Of a stretch of DNA of 35,494 nucleotides, positions 1 to 7,801 are shown piece after piece (positions within the stretch are counted from its first letter, which is position 1; each line of letters begins with the position of its first letter). The DNA lies in IMG/VR virus record IMGVR_UViG_3300046025_000057, positions 1-35,494 of that record; one strand, given 5' to 3'. Source of the DNA: a virus (taxonomy: Duplodnaviria > Caudoviricetes). Under the pieces are notes generated by a model that was not told where the DNA came from, searched no databases, and was given only the letters and a program-made list of their open reading frames with translations. The translations under genes and the position numbers were made by a program.

Positions 1-1227
1 ATGGCTAACGAGAACACAGGTCACCAAATCGACATCCTCACCACCAAACTCGAGGCCGCCGACCGCGGCGGCACCGACGCCGACCGCGACCTCCTCCTCA
101 CCTTCAGTGACCGCCTGACCCTCCTCCGCGAAGAGTACAGCGACGACCGCCACCTCAAGCTCCTCCGCCACTGCACGCGCATGGCCGAACACGCCGGGTC
201 GCTCGCCGACGCCCTCGACGATCGCGATGCCGCCGAAGACATCGTCCGCTGGATCCACAACACCTACGAGAACGAAGAAACCAACCGCGACTACCGCGTC
301 GCCCTCCGCATGTTCGGCAAGCGCGTTACCGACGGCGACGAGATTCCCGACAGTCTCTCGTGGATCTCGACCAAGACCTCCCGGAGCTACGATCCCGCGC
401 CCGACCCCGCGGAGATGCTCCGCTGGGAGGACGACATCCAGCCCATGCTCGAGGGCTGCCGAAATCCCCGCGATGCAGCGGCCATCGCCCTCCAGTTCGA
501 CGCCGGGCTCCGTGGCGGCGAACTCTACGACCTCACCCTCGGCGACATCACGGAGAGCGACCACACCGTCCGCGTCCGCGTCGACGGAAAGACCGGCCAG
601 CGTTCGGTCGACCTCATCCCGTCGATCCCCTACGTGAACAAATGGCTCGCCGAACACCCCGGCCGCGGTGATGACGATGCGCCGCTGTGGTCGAAGCTCG
701 GGCGTGCCGACCAGCTCTCCTATCAGTCCTACCTCGACATGTTCAAGGTCCCCGCTGAGCGCGCCGGTGTCGACAAGCCGGTCACACCCACGAACTTCCG
801 GAAGTCGAACGCGTCGTGGCTCGCCCGCCGTGGCGCGAACGCCGCGCTCATCGAGGACCGCCAGGGCCGCTCGCGAGGGAGCCAGGCAGTCGCCCGGTAC
901 GTCGCCCGATTCGGCGATGACGCCGAGGTCCAGTACGCGAAGATGCACGGCCTCGATGTCGAGACCGAGGAGGACGAGGACCGCTCGCCGCTCGAATGTC
1001 CGCGGTGCCAGCGCGAGACGCCCCGTGACGAGCCGGCGTGCGTCTGGTGTGGACTCGCGCTCGACCACGAGACCGCCGAGAAGACCCAGGCGATCTCCCA
1101 GCGCCTCCGGGACGGCCTCGCTGGTGAGGAAGGCGACGTCGCGCAGGCACTCGTCCAGGTCGGCCAGCTGATGGACGAGCATCCGTGGCTCCGGTCGGTC
1201 ATCGACGTCGACGACATCGTCCAGTAG
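1..1227 (+). CDS. int: Tyrosine recombinase/integrase with C-terminal zinc ribbon
   Basis: RDAAAIALQFDAGLRGGEL (Arg I), DGKTG (Lys), PTNFRK (Arg II), ARY (Tyr); CPRC...CVWC. Confidence 0.93.
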   Translation: MANENTGHQIDILTTKLEAADRGGTDADRDLLLTFSDRLTLLREEYSDDRHLKLLRHCTRMAEHAGSLADALDDRDAAEDIVRWIHNTYENEETNRDYRVALRMFGKRVTDGDEIPDSLSWISTKTSRSYDPAPDPAEMLRWEDDIQPMLEGCRNPRDAAAIALQFDAGLRGGELYDLTLGDITESDHTVRVRVDGKTGQRSVDLIPSIPYVNKWLAEHPGRGDDDAPLWSKLGRADQLSYQSYLDMFKVPAERAGVDKPVTPTNFRKSNASWLARRGANAALIEDRQGRSRGSQAVARYVARFGDDAEVQYAKMHGLDVETEEDEDRSPLECPRCQRETPRDEPACVWCGLALDHETAEKTQAISQRLRDGLAGEEGDVAQALVQVGQLMDEHPWLRSVIDVDDIVQ

Positions 1228-1231
1228 CGAC

Positions 1232-1447
1232 TTACACATCGCCATCCCCCTCCTCGCCGTGCGCTGCCAGATACGCGAGTGGCTGGCGGCCGAAGAGGTC
1301 CGCAATCTCGTCGTCATCGGCGTCCTCGGCGATAGTCTCGAACACCTCGCGATGCTCGGCGATAACCTCCTCTGGCTCCGGTGGGAGCTCCGATGCGTCT
1401 CGGTCGTCGGTTGCAGTCGAACTGGTTGCTTTACTCATCTGAATCAC
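1232..1447 (-). CDS. Small acidic hypothetical protein
   Basis: Acidic ORF, last gene of the coupled leftward operon, convergent with int; true start may be the internal Met. Confidence 0.65.
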   Translation of the reverse strand: MIQMSKATSSTATDDRDASELPPEPEEVIAEHREVFETIAEDADDDEIADLFGRQPLAYLAAHGEEGDGDV

Positions 1448-1772
1448 CGTCCGCAGTAGTCATCGAGCGATACCGCTTGCGAGCGCCGGCGTGGAGCTTC
1501 CCGCGGGCTTGGAGGTCCGCGTCCGGGAGGGTCACGGAGTCGAACAACTCGCGCTGTCGCCAGCGCCGGGCGAGCTCGCGGGTGATCCGGCCGAGGCCCT
1601 CGCAGAGATTGCACGTATTGGTCGTCGGGTCGTGCATGCACCGGCCTTGGGCGTGGCAGAGGTCGTCGATACATTCGACGCGCTCGCCGGTCCCGTCGCA
1701 GCGGATGCAGTCGAACCACTCGACATCGTACCACGAGCCGCGGCCCGTGTAGCGGACGATATCACTCGTCAT
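1431..1772 (-). CDS. DnaJ-type zinc-finger protein
   Basis: ATG at 1772 after GAGGAGGTGG; CIRCDGTG and CNLCEGLG (CxxCxGxG). Confidence 0.75.
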   Translation of the reverse strand: MTSDIVRYTGRGSWYDVEWFDCIRCDGTGERVECIDDLCHAQGRCMHDPTTNTCNLCEGLGRITRELARRWRQRELFDSVTLPDADLQARGKLHAGARKRYRSMTTADGDSDE

Positions 1773-2175
1773 CGGCCACCTCCTCGACGACCGCGAAGTC
1801 GTCGAATCCCCTGCCGCAGAGCCCGCACTCAAAGCCGCCCTCACGGAGGTTCGAGAACCCGCGATACTGACAGCACGGGCTGACGCGGTCGCCCGCCTGC
1901 CGGGGTGAAGAGAACCGCTGGATAGCGTCTTGAACTGCTGGTCGAAGCCGCCAGCGGTGGGCTTCGGCGTCCTCGTCGTATTCAACCTGTTCGAACAGTT
2001 CGTTTTCCCGGAACCGGTCGAACATCTCGCGGGTCTCCGGCGGGAGGTCGCGCTGGAGGAACGTCTCCTCGGGACCGGGGATCGGTTGCACTCGGCGGAG
2101 ATACGAGCAGACGAGTTGGGTGGTCGACTGGTGAAGGCCGGAGACCTTCGGCGAGTTGTCGGGGTCGGTGCTCAC
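1762..2175 (-). CDS. Hypothetical protein with C-terminal Cys cluster
   Basis: GTG at 2175 overlaps the upstream stop (GTGA); PCC...CGLC. Confidence 0.7.
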   Translation of the reverse strand: MSTDPDNSPKVSGLHQSTTQLVCSYLRRVQPIPGPEETFLQRDLPPETREMFDRFRENELFEQVEYDEDAEAHRWRLRPAVQDAIQRFSSPRQAGDRVSPCCQYRGFSNLREGGFECGLCGRGFDDFAVVEEVADDE

Positions 2176-2528
2176 ACGGACCCCTCCTGTTCGTGTCCCG
2201 TGTCTGGCACGAGGATGTCCGCATCCGCGCCGGAGCGGTAGATCCGGGTGGCGCTCTTCGGCAGCCAGCACCCGCGCCGCCCCTGGCGAGCGTAGTAGGC
2301 CGCACCGGTCTCGCGCTGAGGGACGAGCTCGACGACGAACACGCAGTCGGTGCCGTCCTCCGGGTCGAGCACCTTCTCCTCGGCGAGCGGCCGGGGGAGA
2401 TGGAGGACGTCCACGTCGGCGTCGGCAGTGCGGTCGAGCGCCCGCGCGATGGCGTCGGCGGCCGCTAGCTCGAGGTGGTCGTCGCTGACGAGGTCGTGGT
2501 AGGTCGCGACGGGGATGACGTCAGGCAT
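2172..2528 (-). CDS. Hypothetical protein
   Basis: Acidic ORF coupled to both neighbours. Confidence 0.7.
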   Translation of the reverse strand: MPDVIPVATYHDLVSDDHLELAAADAIARALDRTADADVDVLHLPRPLAEEKVLDPEDGTDCVFVVELVPQRETGAAYYARQGRRGCWLPKSATRIYRSGADADILVPDTGHEQEGSV

Positions 2529-2880
2529 CGTCGATCACCTCGCCGAGTGCTGCCGCGAGAGCGAGGCAGATGAGATGGAACGCCTGATCGAACCACAGGG
2601 CCCGAGTGGGAAACCCGTCGTAGTTCTCCTTCCAGCGACGGGAGTCGATGACGAAGTGCGAGCCTGCGAGCGTGACCAGGAACGCAACGGATCCACGGCG
2701 GTCCCAGCCTGCCGCGAGCACGACGGGGAGGAACGCCAGCGAGTAGACCAACACGTGGCTCCCCCGCGTCCGCGGATCCTCAAACTTCTCGACTGCCATC
2801 TCGTCGGTCTGCAGCGGCCAGTCGCCAGCGAAGTGAGCCGCGAGTGCGTACAACGGAAGGAACGCTCGGTCCTCAGGCAT
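2521..2880 (-). CDS. DUF3307-like membrane protein
   Basis: HFAGDWPLQ...MA..K...H, SHFVID and DQAFH motifs with hydrophobic helices. Confidence 0.75.
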   Translation of the reverse strand: MPEDRAFLPLYALAAHFAGDWPLQTDEMAVEKFEDPRTRGSHVLVYSLAFLPVVLAAGWDRRGSVAFLVTLAGSHFVIDSRRWKENYDGFPTRALWFDQAFHLICLALAAALGEVIDDA

Positions 2881-3070
2881 TGTTCATTCTCCGAGTGGTC
2901 TCGCGATTGCAATTCTGGCAGGTGCTGACGCGGTACGGTTCGCGCGAGAACGCCGAGTTCTCGTTGTGTTCGCTCTCGGTTCGCATCTCGACCGACACCT
3001 CGTGGGGTGTCCGGCGGTCGCAGTCCTCGCAGTGTTCGCGAAGCTCGTCGGTCCAGTTCACTGCCGACAT
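2873..3070 (-). CDS. Small haloarchaeal zinc-ribbon protein
   Basis: CEDC...TPHEVSVE.RTES...FSREPYRV..CQNC...RMNNA. Confidence 0.8.
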   Translation of the reverse strand: MSAVNWTDELREHCEDCDRRTPHEVSVEMRTESEHNENSAFSREPYRVSTCQNCNRETTRRMNNA

Positions 3071-3810
3071 CAGGCCACCTCCTCGTCGCGATCAGTATCC
3101 GTGCTGTACTTACCAGCACCGTCCGTGAGCTTTGCCTGATTCTCGGGAACGGTTCGAGGTGCAGGACTGTTGTTGTCCTGTGCTTCCTCGGCGTCGCGGG
3201 TATCCCTTGACTCCAGCCACGACCGCACGACAAATCGGACGTAGGCCGCCGGAAGCGCGTTCTTCGCCAAGTGCTGTTTCGGGTAGTCGCCGCGGTAGCC
3301 CTTCGTCGCCATCCACCACTCCGTCGTGCGGTCGGAGAGGAAGTACGGCGAGACGGTTTTCTCACCGAACCGCTGTTGTTGGGGCGGCTGGAGGATGGGG
3401 AACGACGCCTCAAACGCTCGCTCGTAGGCGAGCGGAAGACCGAACATTCGTGCGTGTAGAACGGTCGGGTCGTGCAGGGGCGCTCTCGGCTTGTTCTCGA
3501 TCACGTAGTCGTCGGCGATTCGGCGGCCGATTTCCCGAGCGCGAGGAATCTGGTTTTCGTGGTCCTCAGGGTCCACGTCCGGCATATCTGTCCACTTCGC
3601 GCATTTCGGATGCAGGAACGCGAAGTCGAAGCGGCCACGCGGGTTCTCTTCCATCAAGTCGATTTCGGTCGTTTCGGCGACGACCTCGTTCGGTCGCGGG
3701 TCGATAGTGAATCGGTGGACCGTGCCGTGCGCGGCCAGCACTTCCGCCTCAACGCCGTGGTCAGCGAACAGGTGTGCGAACTGGAATTGATTAGTTCCGT
3801 CCGAGGACAT
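3070..3810 (-). CDS. Divergent C5-cytosine DNA methyltransferase-like protein
   Basis: HLFADHG (degenerate motif I), HPKC (IV), YVIENKP (VI), MFGL..ERAFE (VIII), NALPAAY (X). Confidence 0.65.
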   Translation of the reverse strand: MSSDGTNQFQFAHLFADHGVEAEVLAAHGTVHRFTIDPRPNEVVAETTEIDLMEENPRGRFDFAFLHPKCAKWTDMPDVDPEDHENQIPRAREIGRRIADDYVIENKPRAPLHDPTVLHARMFGLPLAYERAFEASFPILQPPQQQRFGEKTVSPYFLSDRTTEWWMATKGYRGDYPKQHLAKNALPAAYVRFVVRSWLESRDTRDAEEAQDNNSPAPRTVPENQAKLTDGAGKYSTDTDRDEEVA

Positions 3811-3835
3811 CACGAATCGCCTCCCTGTCGGTCGG
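3793..3835 (-). repeat. Gene-junction repeat copy 1
   Basis: + strand agttccgtccgaggacatcacgaatcgcctccctgtcggtcgg; differs from copy 3 by a 3-nt substitution and a 3-nt insertion. Confidence 0.9.
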
Positions 3836-4130
3836 TTCCCGTGCTCGACTTATCGCTCGTCTGTTCGTTGATTCCCTCCGAAACTTCGTGCGGGGTTGGG
3901 TGTCTATCATCTTTCGGCCACTCGTCTATCGCGTGATTCTCCTCGTAATGGTTTACTGACACCCTATCGAGGACCTCGACTTTAGCGGCTCTAAACCGAT
4001 TTCCCCGAATCGGTGAAACGGGTACCCACAGTTTCTCTCCGACCTCAACGTCCATCAGGTCCATCAGACTATGGACTTGAAGTTGCGACGATTCGGTTGG
4101 AACCTCTTGCTTAGTTCCGCCCTCAGACAT
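3810..4130 (-). CDS. Hypothetical cassette-like protein (MSEGGT...DRQGGDS)
   Basis: ATG at 4130 lies within the repeat; TGATG coupling; lower GC. Confidence 0.75.
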   Translation of the reverse strand: MSEGGTKQEVPTESSQLQVHSLMDLMDVEVGEKLWVPVSPIRGNRFRAAKVEVLDRVSVNHYEENHAIDEWPKDDRHPTPHEVSEGINEQTSDKSSTGTDRQGGDS

Positions 4131-4153
4131 CACGAATCGCCTCCCCGGTCGGC
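4113..4153 (-). repeat. Gene-junction repeat copy 2
   Basis: agttccgccctcagacatcacgaatcgcctccccggtcggc, 40/41 identical to copy 3. Confidence 0.95.
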
Positions 4154-4387
4154 TCCCGCGTGTACTGATCGGATCTGGTCCGCCAGCTCCAACGCCGCCT
4201 CTTCCGAGAGGCCGAGACGACACATCCGCATGAGATCTCCGTCGTCATCTCGGCCGAGTGCCTCGATTATCTGGCCGTTGTCCACATCGAGATACTCGAC
4301 TGTTTCCCGATCAGGGGCGCATCGAGACCCACTTTCTTTAACGTTGAGATGGTCGATCTCGATCTGGTAAGTTCCGTCCTCAGACAT
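4130..4387 (-). CDS. Hypothetical cassette-like protein (MSEDGT...ADRGGDS)
   Basis: Start and stop both lie inside junction repeats. Confidence 0.75.
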   Translation of the reverse strand: MSEDGTYQIEIDHLNVKESGSRCAPDRETVEYLDVDNGQIIEALGRDDDGDLMRMCRLGLSEEAALELADQIRSVHAGADRGGDS

Positions 4388-4410
4388 CACGAATCGCCTC
4401 CCCGGTCGGC
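4370..4410 (-). repeat. Gene-junction repeat copy 3
   Basis: agttccgtcctcagacatcacgaatcgcctccccggtcggc. Confidence 0.95.
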
Positions 4411-4821
4411 ATTCGTGTCGGTTGAACGGAGTTCCGACGGGGGCTTGTGTGCGTCTGCGCCCATGACGTTCGTGAGGAACTCCCTGGTGTCCTCAAAGAT
4501 CGTGCCGTGCGTCTCCGGATCGCGTTTGACTATCGGGTCGTCGTCTTTGAGGCGGGCGAGGACGCTGGCCCACGCTCGCGCCGTTTTGTAGTCGTGTTCT
4601 GTTGGATCGAACGGGTCGAAGTTAGGGGCGTCCTCCGATTCCGGAGGTTCGATGTCGTCGCGGTCGACCCACGCCTCGAAGGGAAGCGATAGTTGCTGTT
4701 GGATCTGCTCAATAGCGAGGCACTCGATACACCGACAGACGACTCCGCGGCCGGATTCAAGACGGTACACTAACCTGTCGGTATCGCAATACCCGCACCG
4801 TTTTATATTGCTCTCAGACAT
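4387..4821 (-). CDS. Hypothetical protein with N-terminal zinc ribbon
   Basis: ATG at 4821 after GAGGTGA; CGYC...CIEC; ends in ADRGGDS. Confidence 0.75.
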   Translation of the reverse strand: MSESNIKRCGYCDTDRLVYRLESGRGVVCRCIECLAIEQIQQQLSLPFEAWVDRDDIEPPESEDAPNFDPFDPTEHDYKTARAWASVLARLKDDDPIVKRDPETHGTIFEDTREFLTNVMGADAHKPPSELRSTDTNADRGGDS

Positions 4822-4848
4822 CCCGATCACCTCGAGTGCAAAGGTCGG

Positions 4849-5115
4849 TCATCGCTGGCCTCCCGCGAGTTGTTCCGCGGCCTCGTGGACGTCGCCGGCC
4901 GGCGAGTACTCGGGCACGTAGAACTCGCCGTGTTTGAGCCACCGGTCGAACTCTCGTGGTGTGGGCTGGCGGACGTCCTCGCCGTCGAGACTGGCGACCG
5001 TCACCTCGTCGTTGTCGATGGTGACGGTGTAGCGGTCGCCGGTCTCGGTTTCAGCAATCTGGACACCGTCGAGCACCTGCGTGGGTGCGTCGGTAGGGTC
5101 GACCGTCTTACTCAT
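4849..5115 (-). CDS. Hypothetical protein
   Basis: Acidic ORF; ATG at 5115 coupled to the upstream stop. Confidence 0.7.
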   Translation of the reverse strand: MSKTVDPTDAPTQVLDGVQIAETETGDRYTVTIDNDEVTVASLDGEDVRQPTPREFDRWLKHGEFYVPEYSPAGDVHEAAEQLAGGQR

Positions 5116-5413
5116 CGCTATCACCATCCTCGCTGGGATGGCACCCCATCTCTGAGAGCTTTACCAAAACCTCGATGAATGTCATCCGACGGGTAAACGC
5201 TTGGTCATCGTCCTGTTCGCGGTACTGGCGCTCTGCTTCATCGCGCTGTTCTTCGAGCCACGTCCGAAGGAGGTTGAATTCTCGGGACTCTTTCGCCGCG
5301 GTCTCGAAGCCATCGAGGAACGCCCGCCGCTGGGCTTGGGCGTAGTCGTCTGCGGCCTGCTGTTTCCACTCCCGGTAGGCGTCTCGATGGAGATCTCGAT
5401 ACCCGTCAGGCAT
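5108..5413 (-). CDS. Hypothetical helical protein
   Basis: ATG at 5413 coupled to the upstream gene. Confidence 0.7.
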   Translation of the reverse strand: MPDGYRDLHRDAYREWKQQAADDYAQAQRRAFLDGFETAAKESREFNLLRTWLEEQRDEAERQYREQDDDQAFTRRMTFIEVLVKLSEMGCHPSEDGDSDE

Positions 5414-6239
5414 CGCGACCACCATCCGCGACCGTCACCGAGTCGGAGTCCTCGATCGTCGTCTTCGAGGCCTCCTCGACCTTGTCCTTACAGACGATGC
5501 ACAACTCACGGCCGTCCACCGCGTGGAGGCCTCGGTCGGGATCCTTTTTCCCGCACCCCTCACACTTTTCGACGTCGTCGGTCGTGTCGGTGAGCTCCTG
5601 CTGGTCGTCCTCGGGCAGCCCTGCGTAGGGGAGGAGTTCATCGCGGAGCCAGCGACCGAACTCTTCGACGTTCATCGATGAGTAGACTGCGACGTAGCCG
5701 CTGGCGGCGACGGTGCCGCGGACGGGGCGGCCGTCCCAGAGGTATGAGAACCCGAGTTGGGTGACGCCGTCCGTGCGGAGCTGGGCGTCCTCGTGGTAGC
5801 GGACGCCGACGTTTTCCTCGTCGTGCTTGTACCCGATCTGCCAGACGGAGGCATCGTCGCGGCGTTCGTACTCCTCGGCGAATTTGTCGAGGTTGAATTC
5901 GGCGCGCAGAATTTCGACGCCCGACATCGCGGTGAGGGTGTCCCAGAGGAACTCTCCGTCGCTGGAGTCGATGCCGACAAAGCCAGCGTTGAAGTCGGCG
6001 AGGTACTCGGTCGCGACGGTCGTGTTCTTCTCGACCGGTTCGGTGAAGATGGCGTCGTCGGCGATCATCACGTCGGTGTCCTGGACGGTGATGGTGCCGG
6101 CGGCGGTGCCGTGGTAGATGGTGATTCCGTCGAGGTACTGGGTTTCGTTGACGACGATGCCGCGCGAGTGGCCGTCGGTCTCGGTCTCCAGTTCGAGGTC
6201 GATGTCGTGCCGGGGGAGCCCGAGGATGCACGCCATCAT
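5406..6239 (-). CDS. Hypothetical protein with C-terminal CxxC-CxxC
   Basis: 277 aa acidic ORF with typical codon usage; CEGC...CIVC. Confidence 0.8.
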   Translation of the reverse strand: MMACILGLPRHDIDLELETETDGHSRGIVVNETQYLDGITIYHGTAAGTITVQDTDVMIADDAIFTEPVEKNTTVATEYLADFNAGFVGIDSSDGEFLWDTLTAMSGVEILRAEFNLDKFAEEYERRDDASVWQIGYKHDEENVGVRYHEDAQLRTDGVTQLGFSYLWDGRPVRGTVAASGYVAVYSSMNVEEFGRWLRDELLPYAGLPEDDQQELTDTTDDVEKCEGCGKKDPDRGLHAVDGRELCIVCKDKVEEASKTTIEDSDSVTVADGGRDA

Positions 6240-6631
6240 TCGCCATCACCGTCCGTGTCCTCGAGGCAGCCGACGACGAACTGCGCGCGCCGATTGAGAT
6301 ACTCCCAGCCGTCATCGGTCAGGCTGTAGTAGTTGGTGCGGCGGTCGGCCTGCGACTTCTCGACGAGGTCGTCTTCGACGAGCGTGTCGAGGTTCGGGTA
6401 CAGCCGGCCGTGGTTGACGTCTTCGCCGTAGCGGCCTTCGAGCGTGTTTTTGATGGCGAGGCCGTAAGGGGGTTCGCTGCTGTGGCGGTCGTCGTGGTAG
6501 CGGCCGGTCTCGTAGCCGGCGATGACGGCGAGGAGGTCGAGCTGGAAGCGCGTCGTGTCGTTGGGGGAGTGGTTGGTGGGCGATGCGTCGGTGGCGTCGT
6601 CTTTATGCGTCTGAGTGCTGGAATTCGACAT
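6236..6631 (-). CDS. PadR/RosR-like winged-helix transcription regulator
   Basis: FQLDLLAVIAG...YGLAIK...VNHGRLYPNLDTLV...DRRTNYYSLT. Confidence 0.88.
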   Translation of the reverse strand: MSNSSTQTHKDDATDASPTNHSPNDTTRFQLDLLAVIAGYETGRYHDDRHSSEPPYGLAIKNTLEGRYGEDVNHGRLYPNLDTLVEDDLVEKSQADRRTNYYSLTDDGWEYLNRRAQFVVGCLEDTDGDGE

Positions 6632-6640
6632 GGTTCCGTG

Positions 6641-6850
6641 CTATCTGGCTTGAGGTCGGTAGTGCGGGACCGCGACCTGCACGCCAGCGCCGAGCAGCTT
6701 GTCAGGGTGGTCGACGGTGGCGTGCAGAGAGTCGGGGCCAACTCCTAGCACGGAAGAATCCGGGGCGCGCAGGTAATGGCGGCTTTCTCGGTGGTACGCA
6801 CCGGGTAACAAAGCCGCGCGAGCGCGTAGGGTTGGATAGCTTCCGTACAT
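6641..6850 (-). CDS. Possible small hypothetical protein
   Basis: Fills the gap in the operon orientation, but is not acidic. Confidence 0.35.
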   Translation of the reverse strand: MYGSYPTLRARAALLPGAYHRESRHYLRAPDSSVLGVGPDSLHATVDHPDKLLGAGVQVAVPHYRPQAR

Positions 6851-6931
6851 TGTGGGAGCGTGTGGTTTTCACCGGCCTGCTAGGGGCAGGCCGGAATCCG
6901 TTATTTAGCGAGCGATGCCTACGCCGACTGT

Positions 6932-7132
6932 CTACGAACTTCGAGCGTCGCGGCTTTCCTCACTGACTTCTGCGAGGATTTCGTCTGCGTGTTCGACCCC
7001 GTGGCGGCAGAAATGCCGCAGGAGTTCGGACTTGCTCATCCGATTCTCCCATGCGATGTCCTCGATTTGGGTGTCGAGATCTGTATCGGCGCGGAAGCCG
7101 ACGAAGTTCATCTCGCTATCGTCCGGGGGCAC
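6932..7132 (-). CDS. Ribbon-helix-helix (CopG-like) regulator
   Basis: FVGFRAD..LDTQIEDIA....MSKSELLRH; start is GTG 7132 or ATG 7111. Confidence 0.75.
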   Translation of the reverse strand: MPPDDSEMNFVGFRADTDLDTQIEDIAWENRMSKSELLRHFCRHGVEHADEILAEVSEESRDARSS

Positions 7133-7139
7133 AGTCGGA

Positions 7140-7253
7140 ACCAAGCGTTAACGCCGTAAATAGTTAACGACGTTTTTTGGATATCCCGTATCATGTTATC
7201 GTCGTATCGTGGGACTATGCTTATAACCGTACCCTGTTTAACTGTTTAACAGC
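7140..7253. promoter_or_regulatory. Divergent promoter/operator region
   Basis: TATA-like TATTTA (-, 7157-7162) and TTATAA (+, 7221-7226); palindrome GCGTTAACGC 7145-7154; CTGTTTAACTGTTTAACAG 7234-7252. Confidence 0.7.
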
Positions 7254-7433
7254 ATGTCTGAGAAGGATCTTATCGGGGTCCGGGTAGACCCGGAGACCAA
7301 GGAACGAATCGAAGCCCAACTCGAGTATGGAGACTCTCTCAGCGGATGGGTCAGGCAAGCGATTGAGGAGCGATTGAAACGAGAGGAGAACCACGAGGGA
7401 AATCTGAATAAGGCCCTCCAGACGGCTGACTAA
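7254..7433 (+). CDS. Ribbon-helix-helix regulator (59 aa, absent from the ORF track)
   Basis: MSEKDLIGVRVDPETKERIEAQLEYGDSLSGWVRQAIEERL...; leaderless, about 28 nt after the TATA. Confidence 0.82.
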   Translation: MSEKDLIGVRVDPETKERIEAQLEYGDSLSGWVRQAIEERLKREENHEGNLNKALQTAD

Positions 7434-7435
7434 CA

Positions 7436-7759
7436 TCACGCAATCACCCCGACGTGGTCAAGTACGACCAACACCCACCGCGGAACCCGCCCGAGCACCT
7501 CGCGTCCGCCCGCCCGGTCCCGACACCACTGCTCCTCGATTTCACCGTCGACAACACGAACAATCCACTGTCTCTGGTCATTATCGACCGCTACCCGGAC
7601 ACCCTCGTTGTCTCGAGTGATATCGACGCGAACGAACCGCTCGGTGAGCGGGACATCTAGCCCGAGTTCGTATCGGTCGACACGGAACGTCCGACTTCCC
7701 CGCTCCGTCTTCGCTCCACGTGGGGAGACCTGGTCTGACTGGTGTGTTCTTAATGCCAT
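7436..7759 (-). CDS. Hypothetical protein
   Basis: ATG-started ORF downstream of the putative origin. Confidence 0.6.
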   Translation of the reverse strand: MALRTHQSDQVSPRGAKTERGSRTFRVDRYELGLDVPLTERFVRVDITRDNEGVRVAVDNDQRQWIVRVVDGEIEEQWCRDRAGGREVLGRVPRWVLVVLDHVGVIA

Positions 7760-7801
7760 TCTCGTTCTTGACTGACGAGACGAAAGGCCATAAGACGGGA
7801 C

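Noticed and set aside
3793-4410. CRISPR array interpretation of the 41-bp repeats
   Set aside because: Spacers are over 200 bp, unequal in length and are intact ORFs; no cas genes recognised
5108-5430. Similar junctions GGATGGTG(A/G)T(A/C)GCGATG at about 5113 and 5411, and frequent DG(G/D) C-termini
   Set aside because: Short, and explained by an RBS embedded in the upstream gene, which is common in haloarchaeal coupled operons
7221-7439. 72-aa minus-strand ORF
   Set aside because: Antisense to the 59-aa RHH gene, which has a promoter and a recognisable motif
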